From: Ptychomitrium polyphyllum
Lineage: Eukaryota
DNA length: 64,000 nucleotides
Direction of reading: 5' to 3'
Assembly (NCBI GenBank): GCA_973851085.1
Contig: OZ316776.1
Span: 7,440,001 to 7,504,000, forward strand
Both the position numbers and the translations under genes were made by a program. A model generated the notes under the pieces. It did no database searches. It was not told the DNA's origin and saw only the letters and a program-made list of their open reading frames with translations. Positions within the stretch are counted from its first letter, which is position 1, and every line of letters begins with the position of its first letter. Positions 1 through 10,529 of the stretch are shown piece by piece.

Positions 1-55
1 AGCACAGCAAGGACAGCACAGAACTGAGGCTTTGACCTAGCAAGAGGTAGCTTAC

Positions 56-1489
56 CATGTTGGCAAGGAAGCAACCTCAACATTTCCCCAGCAACATAAT
101 CTTCTAAGCAGATAGCACATGTCTCCGATGTGCCCTTTCCATCTTCAATGCACTTGAACACAAGGCTTGGAAGTGTATTCACTTCTTTTACACTCATTCC
201 AGCAGGGCCCTTTGGTAGGAACCGTGCGCTCAAATGCCGCAGCCTATGTTGTCGTACAAAGAAAAAAGTAGCCAAGACAGAAGATATAGCAAGGAGGGAG
301 ATGAAAGATATTGCCACAACCGACCAGGCAGTGTTTTCGAACGCTGGCATTATGTAGAAGGTTGCGCCCATGTCACCAGTATACTTCAGCAGAAACTCGC
401 CTGAAAACCTCGACACGAATACAGCATGCGTGTGGATGTTGAATGGATTTCCTGACACTGCAGTCATTGAAAAGACCACTCAGAACTCAAATCATTGTAG
501 TACACTATTCTTTTCTAGACTTGAATACTCTTTACCTCCTGAAATCTCAGTTATCTTCATTGCTTTGCAAGATTTCCGTTGCCGTCTGGGACCTTCAAGA
601 AACAAGCCATAAATTGTTCTGAAAATCAATAAGCTGACGAGATGGAAGACGGAAGTGAAAACTGACTTACTGGTAATTAACTTATGATTATCCTGATTAT
701 CGTAGATGATAACTGCCTCAAATCCAGCTTCCTGAGCATTGCGCACCTTAAACTCAAAGTTGCAAATTCCACGTTCAACCAGAAGAAAAGCAGGCACTAA
801 AATTTGTCCTGGGCCTGAGACGTTGACCAACGACGAACAAGCATCCAAAGGGTTGGATGCGTACAGCACTCCCACAATACCAGCAGCCGGAACACGTGGA
901 GCTGCCAGTCTAACCACAACAGGTTAACAAAACTTTGTTCGTGGAATCAAAAGTCTGCACGGTAACAGACTATCATATACGTAAGATGGTATGACAGCAG
1001 AACTGATTCAATGTTCAGATGAAACATCAATTAGAATAACCTCAAGAAACAACAAAGCTACGAACTGTCTCTCTACAAAACCTGCACAAAAGATATGAAA
1101 AGACAGGTCCACACCACATATGCTTCCAAGAATTACAAGTAAAATGTTACTTCAAGTCTCAATATATATCGCACATTCTTCACTTCACAAACCTAAGAAA
1201 ATTCATGTGCTCGCCATTGGGGTACCAATGTAATAGATGATTCATTACATTATACTTAATGTGCTCATGTATACTCATAATGAGAGGGACTGAAACACAT
1301 ACCAAAACTGGCCTCCGTGTCCGGGAAGGACCAGGATTCGTTCGTTCCGCTCAGTAGAATCACGGCCGAGTTGACCCTCCCCAACAAGAGAGTGAGGAGA
1401 ACGAGGCACAGGCCAGCTAACGAAATCATAACCTCTCTATGACTCAAAATCCTGCTTGCCAATCCTGTTTCCATAAGAAGGGCCGGCAT
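56..1489 (-). CDS. RMR: RMR-type protein (signal peptide, PA domain, TM helix, RING-H2); 3' end runs off the left edge
   Basis: Exons 1489-1303, 901-671 and 457-56 with GT-AG boundaries join in frame. They give a hydrophobic signal, PA-domain text (NPLDACS...LVERGICNFEFKVRNAQEAGFEAVIIYDN), a TM segment (AWSVVAISFISLLAISSVLATFFFV) and the RING-H2 start CAICLEDYVAGEMLRLLPCQH, followed by a GTAAG donor at 55. Confidence 0.92.
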
Positions 1490-2870
1490 TTTGTCTCAAC
1501 TTTCTCTTTTACTTGAGTGAAATAATCAACGTCTCACGCCTGCAGAAAACCAGACCCTGGAATCTTTACTGCCGAATACCATCACTCCCACCGCACCCGC
1601 AAACATCCATACAAACCATCATGTACTCTCATATTAGCTGCCTCATATGCCGGTATGCAGTAACCGCAGTCTCCGAGGAGCTGCAACAAGAGATTCCAGA
1701 CCAGAACGGTGTTAGCAACACAGATCACAAACACCCCCAACTCAATTCTTTTCCCACTCTTGTGATGCATCTCATACAAAGTCAAAAAAACCCTGGATCA
1801 TTCAAGACAACAATCAAACGACCGCAGTTGCTGACAGAAATCCACGGCCAAGCAAATCTAACCTCCACCTCAACCAGAAGAAAAACCGCAAAACTCACTA
1901 CTAACGAACACATGACTCAACCACGAGAGAAACTTGCCAAACATTTCGGAACGCGAAACAAGACGCGTAAAAAACATCACAGCAGCATACAACCAGCCTG
2001 GATAAAACCAACCAACACAACAGAAACAGAACGCCGCCTCAGAACTCAAAAACAACAACCACATCCAAACTCTCCTTTTTTCAACACACTAGGGTTAACC
2101 ACAGGGACAAAAACAGGGCAGCAAGCTCTAACCAACCATGTGACACTACCCAAACCGCCCCCTCCTTCAGGCCCCATTACTTAACCTCAACTCCAACCTG
2201 AACAAAAAAACCCTTTCCAAACACATGATACATACATGATAAACGAAGCCAGAAACGCATGACAAATCATGCAAACAGCTGCAGCACTCCTCAGCGCCCA
2301 AAGTGCATTCTTTGTGGAGTGTTCGCCCAAATCCAGTTGAGCAGCAGTTGAGCGCCAGAGCTGCGGTTCACTGTGGGAGAAGACAGCAACACTGCTGCTT
2401 TGTGTGTATTGAGCAAGAGCCCTCGCAGCAGTGCCCTGCATGCTTTGCAGTGCAGAAACTGGGGCAGAAAGTGAGGGAGAGGGCAACCCCAGCAAGTCAC
2501 GGCACACAACACAACACACAAACCCCGACCCAACCCAACCCACTCGTAGGTCCACCACTTAGCCCACGCTTTCGCATATATCACACCCAATCACACCCAA
2601 TCTATACCACTTGATGGGCCCACCCGCGGTTTGGTTATACACTCGTGCACGCGTTCTTCTGCTCACGTGGCATCTTGTGATTGCCCCACTGCAGAGATGA
2701 TGCTGGAGTTTGGGATCCCCTTCACCAAAACCACTTATTTTGGGCTGAGGATGGAGCTCGGGATCCCCACAATGATGAGTTGTCACATTCGTGGTATTCA
2801 TACGGTTGGAGTAGTGAGGATTAGCCGGTTTAATGGATGTGGTGTTGGAGGTTTTTTTTGCTCATGTTCT

Positions 2871-2912
2871 TGGAGAAGCGGTGGAGAAGATGTGGAGAAG
2901 ATGTGGAGAAGG
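2871..2912. repeat. 11-bp tandem repeat (TGGAGAAGATG) x ~4
   Basis: tggagaagcgg tggagaagatg tggagaagatg tggagaagg read directly. Confidence 0.8.
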
Positions 2913-3322
2913 TTTGTTTGTAATTATAAGTAATAAGATGCATTTGTACGGATGTATTTTTATAGTAGAAGGTTTTAAATGATATGTGGTTATGGAGCAT
3001 TATGGTTGAGGAGCAAGGTCAACGTTCCGATTTTAAAAACCTAGTTATTAAAATAGATTAAAGTACCAAAATAATCAAATTGTATATAAGTAAAGTATAA
3101 TATTGTTCAAATCAATAAATAATACTTTTAAAAGTGTAATTATGTGAATAAAAAACGAAGTATCGATTCTCAAATTTTAGCTTCATGTAAGTAGCATCTG
3201 TTTTGGAAAAGCAAGTTATTTGCAATGTAATATTTGTTTTACAAATACACAATGATCAAAACTTTATAATAAACTTTTAAATAATAAACTAAGATTTAAA
3301 AAAGTAAAGAAAGTAAAAAATA

Positions 3323-3390
3323 ATTCATTCATTCATACACTCACTCACTCAATCATTCATTCATTCATCGTTCACACATTCGTTCATTCA
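3323..3390. repeat. Degenerate (ATTC/ACTC)n microsatellite
   Basis: attcattcattcat...cactcactcactca...tcattcattcattc read directly. Confidence 0.8.
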
Positions 3391-3994
3391 CGTACACATA
3401 CATGCATATATACTACACTTCGGAGGACAACCAGCACCTGGATCAAGACTTGAAAGAAATCTGCAGTTGGCAACTGAGAATATTGAGAATGGTCGTATGA
3501 ACTCTTACGTAGGGGAGCCTTGGATTGTGTCAATCAGGGACACTGCACACAGACACTTTGAATAAACGGTTGCAAAGAGCTGCGCAGAATTGAACAAGTA
3601 GCGAAGTTACAGTACTGAAAGACAAAGGGCACAGAAGAGCAGAAACAGCAGAGTGAACGTGGGAAGTCGGTGTTGTAGTTTTAGCTCAAGCACAAACTGA
3701 CGGGACGAGTATTTCAGGAAGGCACGAGTCAGGTTTCGTAGACGAGGCCACAGGTGGTGATGGTTCGCTGAAAGTGATGTCGACAACGATGTCCTGTATG
3801 AGAACAACTTGACGACGCGGCCACTTTTGTCACGCACAGGCGTGCATTGTCTACATAATGTGGGCGCTGTAAGTTGTTCTGCAAAGCTCTCTCTCTCTAA
3901 GTTCTGTGTTTTTTAATCGTGTTCGTCTGGGTCTATATTGTGGATCTGAGTGGGGTGCTTCCAGTTGACAAGGTGCAGGAGACTAAGTCTAGGA

Positions 3995-5760
3995 ATGGGC
4001 AGGATGCCACGAAGGCTTTGCAGGCAGTCATAATCCTATTCCCTGCACAAGGTCATGTTACTCCGTGCTTGCAGCTTGCGAAGAAATTGATAGGCCTTGG
4101 CTTCCGCATCACCTTCGTCAACACCGTTCATATTCATAAAGTTAATCACGTTCCAACACTGCGGTGGAGCTTGAGTAAGTCAATTAAGGCCATCTGAGCT
4201 ATTTTAACTTCCTGCGGAGTATGTTCTCTAGTATATAGCGGTCAACACCTGCTAGCTATTTCTATCCACATTTAATTCGTCATTGCAACTATCATGCAGG
4301 CTGCCTCATCCATGGGATTTCTGGCAGCACCATAAAGACTTTAACCAAGTAGTAGTAGCTCAAGGTAGATTTGAATATACTGCATATTGTATAACAATTA
4401 CCTGCAGCATCTATCATACTCTCCGGATATTCTGTTCAAATCACCTTCACAATTGTATAGGAAGGTTATACATCTCACGTTCAAGAATGTCAATATATGT
4501 ACCAGTGCTTGGAAGATTTCTGCCGTGATCCTGATCGATTATCTACACATGAGCAGAAAAGATTTTGAGTTTGTTGCGCTATCAGATGGGCTAACTGGTG
4601 ACCATCTTGGACTTCATGATATAATAGCATTCTTCAACGCAACATTACAAATGGGACCCGGGTTTGAGGAGCTCGTTGTCAATTTGCTCCTGAAGTCTTC
4701 AATCACAATCGTCATCCGTGATATTAATTTGACGGATCGGTTCATGAACCAGCCAAGAAACTGGGCATTCCGGTAGTGGGCTTCGCAACCACCTCGGCCA
4801 TTGCTATGCATTGTATATACCATCTTCCAACATTGGTAGCAACAGGGGTTCTCCTTATCCCGCCTCTTCCAGCTCATGTTCCGACTCCGTTTCTCAATCC
4901 TGTCACGTTGACACGTCGACTGCCTAGCAGTGAATCTGAGGTTGCAGCTCGGCAAGCTCCACTGCCATGCCTTCCTGGTGGATCTCCAATGATGCGGGTG
5001 AATGACATTCCGTCATTCTTAATCTCACAAGACCTTGAGAGCTTCTATCTTCGAATTTTTCACGAAACTCAAAACCCGCTTCTGCCTGACTGCGAGTGCA
5101 TCCTCTTCAACACGTTCTACGCCTTGAGAGTGATATCCTGGACGCCATGGCCGGTAACATGTATACCGACGTCTATGCTGTATGGCCTCTCGTCTTGGAT
5201 TCTATGCGAACATCATGTAATCATGTCGAAGAGGAGATATCGTTAACGAGAGCTGGAAGCGCCAGCTTGTGGAAAGAGGACCCCATCTCTCTGGCTTGGC
5301 TTGACCATCAGACATACAACTCGGTTCAGACAGCAGTCCTTTCGCATCCTTCGGTAGCAGCTTTCCTCGCTCACTGTGGTTGGAATTCCACCGTCGAAAG
5401 CATCTCCAATGCTTTCGATGCTAGGAGGACCGAGATTCTCTGATCAAAATACGAACTACCACTACATCACGTATGTCTGGGAAATCGGTCTCGAACTCCA
5501 GAGCCAGGCGGACTCGGACGGGATTGCCGTCGTCCTCAAGGACGAGATCGCTCGCAAGGTGAAGGAAGATTATGGCACCTGATATACCGGACCTGGAAGT
5601 TGCCAATATTCGGACCAACTCCAGAAACTTCAAGTTGGCAGGAAGGAAAGCAGTTCCAAAGGGTGCTTCCTCACAAACAGCTCTGACGACGTTCGAGGAA
5701 CTGATAGGGGGAAGAACCAAATATTCGCTTCCTTCTTCACAGAATATGATGCACAATTAG
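3995..5760 (+). pseudogene. Family-1 UDP-glycosyltransferase (plant UGT) pseudogene
   Basis: Recognisable UGT pieces lie in different frames: FPAQGHVTPCLQLAKKL..GFRITFVNT, FVALSDGL, ECILFNTF, LWKEDPISLAWLDHQ, a partial PSPG box QTAVLSHPSVAAFLAHCGWNSTVESI / MLGGPRFSDQ, and the C-terminal KGASSQTALTTF. Frameshifts near 4735, 5122, 5413 and 5568, plus an internal deletion near 5326. Confidence 0.9.
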
Positions 5761-6809
5761 CTTCCATTGGGATGGTTCAAACTTCGATACTCACGTTTGG
5801 GATAGAATGTGCACCTCACAACTTCCCAAGGCGTGACGTGATCTACGTATCGTGATAGTCTCAGAAGCAGTTGTATGAAATGTTCTGCTTGAAACTTCAT
5901 TATGACAGAAGTATGCTGTATATGTTTTGAACTATCAAAAAGCTTGACACGTGAACGACAAAAAATTTAATGATGATTGCGATTTCACATGCCATGCTGT
6001 AAGCAAATCATACCTTGAAGGCAGATGCCTCGCGCAACAGTAAACAAGCAGCTGTTTGGTCTGTCAGTGAATATAATACACATCTTATCAAGAGACAAAC
6101 ATTTCAACCATTTAAATTGAGTGACCAAACAAGCTGATCTCTTATCAGACCACTCCCGCACTTGAGACGCATTGATAAACAATCGCTGCATGAGTTAGGC
6201 ACTAAGCATGTGTAACCTTCGTACTTTAGAGTATGTCAAAAACACTAGTGAAGTTGTTTAGAACTTTGGGCGCGTGTTCTCACTCCAAAATGCGACTGAA
6301 GATGATTGCAGACATAGAGGACACATACAGGATGAAAACGTCGATCCATTAAAGAACTCAATGTAGGCACATCAATTCAAATCCGCAGATACGTTTCTAT
6401 TAGTAGTCTAACCAAAGACGTTGTAAGATACCGCAGGAACAAATGACGTTGTACAATGCACTGAAACTTCAAATGGGATTAATAACATAAGTGCTTCAAC
6501 ATGGAAGAGAAATTCCATTCCTTTCAGTCGATTACAATCAACTCGAGAGAAAAATAGCTCTGCTATAAAGATTCCATATTCTCGGCTGGAGATTACATAA
6601 TACAATTGATCCCCGAAACAATTTACAAGGAGTCAGCTGAGAAAAATGTGCACCTTCATAACGTATACTAATAGATTAAAATCATCCCAAAACCATCAAC
6701 AACTAGGAAGTAGCACGTGAGGTGAAGGTCTCACATGCTCGCGTGCCTCCAAAAGCAGAACAGCTCCACTGTTTTACAAACAGGCGATCAGAGTTCTTCC
6801 CTATAGTCG

Positions 6810-9400
6810 TTACAACATATTTGCAGACAACTCGCGATTCAGATAATCAGCAAACATGCGCTTCGCACTTTTTGCATCTGATGGTGGAGGAGGGCCCGAC
6901 AAGCTGGATTGCCCAGACAATTTGAGGAAGGTTCGCCGTAGTCGTCGAAGCTCAGGAAGGCCTACACTCCTCTGTAGATTGATGTATCTCACCAGGTTAA
7001 GGTATACTAGCAAAGTAAGGAATATATATGATTGTGAAGCACAGTTTTCTAAAAGTTGAATTATGTTTCTAGAATCTCTTTAGAGACCAAAAGAAAGCTG
7101 GTCACATACACCCGACATCACACAACAAAATGAGCATTATTTATTTTCAGAGATGCACGTGCAAGAAACACAAATATAAATTTTTTGACGTTTATGGTTC
7201 CATATGTGAACGAAAGAAAAAGCATTCCAAGCAGCAGAAAAGGATATGATAGGTAGTCCTTCTCCAAGAAAGACACTGCGCACTAGACCACCCACACCTT
7301 GAGCTTGGGCATCCACCAGAATTGACACAATTTCCTGTTCCATTTTCATAAAATTGTGAGCATATAAAGCTCAAAACTGGATGCTTCCGGATAATTATGC
7401 ACGACTGATCTTAGAGAAAGATAAAACAGCATGAAACAATATTGTCTCAATACTCATCACTGGGAGCAATCACAGTAGTGATCGTTTAGTATGGCCTGTG
7501 CTTCTACATCTCAATGAGTCAAAAAACCACAGTAGCTTTAAAATTAAGTAAGAGAGTGAAGCGTAAAGACAAGCATTCAAACCTGTGTGGCACGGTCTAA
7601 TTCATAAAGCGAGTTGGTTTCTGAGGTCCGTGCCTGTAAAATTTGGGAGTTGGACAACATTAAGAAAAGCCACCACTTAATATGGACAAAACACTTAAGC
7701 CCTCTAACCTTCATAGAGAGTAAATCAGTGAAAATATACTCGGGCAACAGGTTTAGAGCTCGAATTTTGAAACTAGAAATTAAACATGAAGCTTTAACTA
7801 AAACAACCTTCATGATCCGACTAGAATAAACCGCCAAGGAACTTTACGAGATTAGCCTCGATCAGTATAAATGATAAGGACAAAAGAATGAAGGAAAAAT
7901 AAAACTTACATTCTGTGTGGCAATAGTGGGTTGCAACATTTGGAAGTTCCGAGTGCCCGCCGAATTTTTATCACCAGTAAGAAAATTAACAGCTTCAACA
8001 ATAGATTGAGAGCCTTCGTGGATCTCCTCTGTTCTCACAAATAATAAATTGACAAAAACAAAAAAAAACAAAAATTGGATATGAAAAAATGTCATGTTAT
8101 GTGTATCCCAACTTCTGAACAGGCCAGAAAATCAAAAAAAAATTGCTACAAATTATGTAATTCAAATTCTACCTCCCGTTATAGTGGGGATTAAAAAATA
8201 TTAAAAATTTCCTGAGCATAAAAAAATGAGCTGTTCATCTTTCTTGATAGCTTTGTATATTTATTAAAGCGGTCCAGTCAGAGAAATCTTCACCAAAGTA
8301 CTCAAAATGCAATAAGCAAGAACCAACCTTTGCCAGGATAAAGTTCAAAAAGACGAGAATCCCATCGATTTTTTCCATCAGGCCTCTCGAACCTACTCAC
8401 CAAGTCATTGAATCTACAAGTCAAGCACACGCCATGATCCATCAGTCATGCGGAAAGTAGTGGTTGAAGCATGTTACAAACCAAGTACAAAGTGACTCAA
8501 AGAAAGAAGTATTAAAGCTCACATATTTTCTTCGTAAGCAGGCAAATCCTTCGATCGCCTGTCTTCATTCCATGCTCGACATTCTGCTTCATCTGCAACA
8601 CAATGCAACTGGGAAACAAATGCTTACGCAGAGCTAAATAGCACGCAGAGCCCAAGAAATCAAGACAGGATTAGATTTGGCAGGTAAGCAAGGTACAGCG
8701 TCAAAGAGCATAAACAAGTTAAAAAGTACCACGCAGTAGTGCGTTCCAGATGCACGGGCCAAGCACCACAACTCATATCTGTAACCCTGAACCCACCGGA
8801 ACCATTGCAGTCAGTATGAATCAGCAACAAGCAATCCCTCCAGCTTCACATATCTTGACTACTACGCCCCTGTTATACAAGTCCTCGCCTGCTGAAAGGC
8901 TCTCTGAAAAACAACAATTCACTTGTAAAAAACATCAAAGACCGAGAGACGAAACTGTGGCCATCGTAGAAGCTAAACATTACCTTGATATTGTTGAGGG
9001 AGTCCACAATGACAATTGCGTCTTTCGATACTGCCCGGTCCACTGCAGACCGCAGCATTCCACGCAGATTCTTCTCCTGTGGCATATCTGTGCCGTTTTA
9101 ACAGAACAGAGAGGGCACGGCATCCATGCAAACTTAGAAACTTCTCGAAAACGCAATTACATGAAGAAGCATAGAACCAGCATTCCACGGGATACACAAA
9201 GGGTCTCCCAAAAATTGTGCTTTGGAAAAAGTACGAGGCGGGGACAAACCTTTATAGGCGCCATTGCGATCCAAATTCAGCGAAGGTTCATCGATGAGGA
9301 TCACGGGCACGTTACTGGTCTTCTCGAGTGCTCTCATAAGGCATGCTGTGGCAGTAGATTTTCCACTGCATGGTTGTCCACAGATAACAACAAGCGCCAT
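6810..9400 (-). CDS. KTI12: KTI12/DRL1 Elongator-associated P-loop ATPase, 9 exons, 304 aa
   Basis: Exons 9400-9250, 9087-8984, 8786-8730, 8608-8523, 8413-8328, 8028-7910, 7633-7583, 7334-7248 and 6983-6810 sum to 915 nt. Motifs: MALVVICGQPCSGKS (P-loop), VIVDSLNNIKGYRYELWCLAR, RFERPDGKNRWDS, VGLPELRRLRRTFLKL..QSSLSGPP. Confidence 0.95.
6984..7247 (-). other. U12-type (minor spliceosome) AT-AC intron in KTI12
   Basis: On the minus strand the intron begins ATATCCTTT (7247-7239), has the branch motif TACCTTAAC (7004-6996) and ends ...GATAC. Removing it joins GEGLPI|INLQRSVGLPELRR in frame. Confidence 0.92.
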
Positions 9401-9583
9401 CTTTCTACGCTCTCGACAGAAATCAATAGAAACGAAAAACCGCTCTTCTACATGGAGGATAACTCTTGCACACAATTGCCCCCAACCAACTATATCATCA
9501 GGCAACCCTTCAATAGCAAACAGAATCCTCAAACCTCCAGAAAAGCAAAACCTCTAGAATGACTTTGCTCAATCCACAACGTA

Positions 9584-9599
9584 AAACCCTAAACCCTAA
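9584..9599. promoter_or_regulatory. Tandem telo-box (AAACCCTAAACCCTAA) in the KTI12/SF3B6 divergent region
   Basis: Direct match to the plant telo-box AAACCCTAA, upstream of the KTI12 ATG. Confidence 0.6.
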
Positions 9600-10157
9600 C
9601 TCAGATTTCAACTATGCCGTATCTCCGTTACATTAATTCCCAAAAGGCACCGATCACAACAGCTGATCCTCAAATCTTCCTAATCATATACAAAGCACAA
9701 AACGTCAAAACTGGCGGTAGAACTAAAATCCAAACCACTGAACGAACTGCTCTGCGTCCCACACCAGAGCTCGAATTCTCGGGAACAGAAAAACCAAGCA
9801 AAATGATGAATGTTGCGACGCCCTGAGAAGATGTGCGCTGGCAACACCCTCAACAGAGCGGCTTCTGTAGCAGATGAGATCATGAAGGTCGCAAAGCCCT
9901 AGAGAAAAATGCGAGAAGTTGTCCTCGCAGGCTCGGCACCAAGGCTTACGTTCGGAGGGCGACTGACTTGGCAACCACGCGAGAGGTGGAAGGAACTCAG
10001 CATGGGATGTGGGAATGCTTGTTTTGGAAGTGTATGTAGGTGGGTTTCGTTGTTGAGGGTTTGGAGCAGCGTATGCCATCGCCAGAGCTTACACTTGTTG
10101 ATTTGGCACCGATTCGCATCAGGTTGCGCTCGTTGTGTGCAGGATTGTCGTGAAGCT

Positions 10158-10529
10158 ATGGCGGCGCTGAGCATCCGGAGGGGGAACGCGCGGCTTCCAC
10201 CGGAAGTGAATAGGGTGCTGTACGTGCGCAACTTGCCGTTCAACATCTCGTCGGAGGAAATGTACGACATCTTCGGCAAGTATGGGGCGATTCGGCAGAT
10301 CCGCATCGGCACCAACAAGGATACGCGGGGGACGGCGTTCGTGGTGTATGAGGACATCTACGACGCGAAGAACGCCGTGGACCATCTGTCCGGGTTCAAC
10401 GTGGCCAACCGCTACCTGATCGTGTTGTATTACCAGCAGGCCAAGATGTCCAAGAAGGTGGATCAGCGCAAGAAAGACGAGGAGCTTACCAAGCTGCAGG
10501 AGAAGTATGGCGTGTCGGTGGACAAGTAG
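10158..10529 (+). CDS. SF3B6: Splicing factor 3B subunit 6 (p14/SF3b14a), single RRM, 123 aa
   Basis: [51 protein letters not shown]...[38 protein letters not shown] is the conserved p14 sequence. The CDS is intronless; a probable 5'UTR intron lies at 10071-10142. Confidence 0.96.
   Translation: MAALSIRRGNARLPPEVNRVLYVRNLPFNISSEEMYDIFGKYGAIRQIRIGTNKDTRGTAFVVYEDIYDAKNAVDHLSGFNVANRYLIVLYYQQAKMSKKVDQRKKDEELTKLQEKYGVSVDK

Noticed and set aside
1513..2184. 223-aa plus-strand ORF
   Set aside because: It is antisense to the T-rich 5'UTR/intron region of the RMR gene, has biased K/T/Q/H composition and no recognisable domain.
8750..9562. 270-aa plus-strand ORF
   Set aside because: Antisense shadow of KTI12 exons and introns, with no family motif.
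9909..10157. 83-aa N-terminal extension of SF3B6 in the ORF track
   Set aside because: Homology starts at MAALSIRR (10158). The extension spans the shared promoter and a likely 72-nt GT-AG 5'UTR intron (10071-10142).
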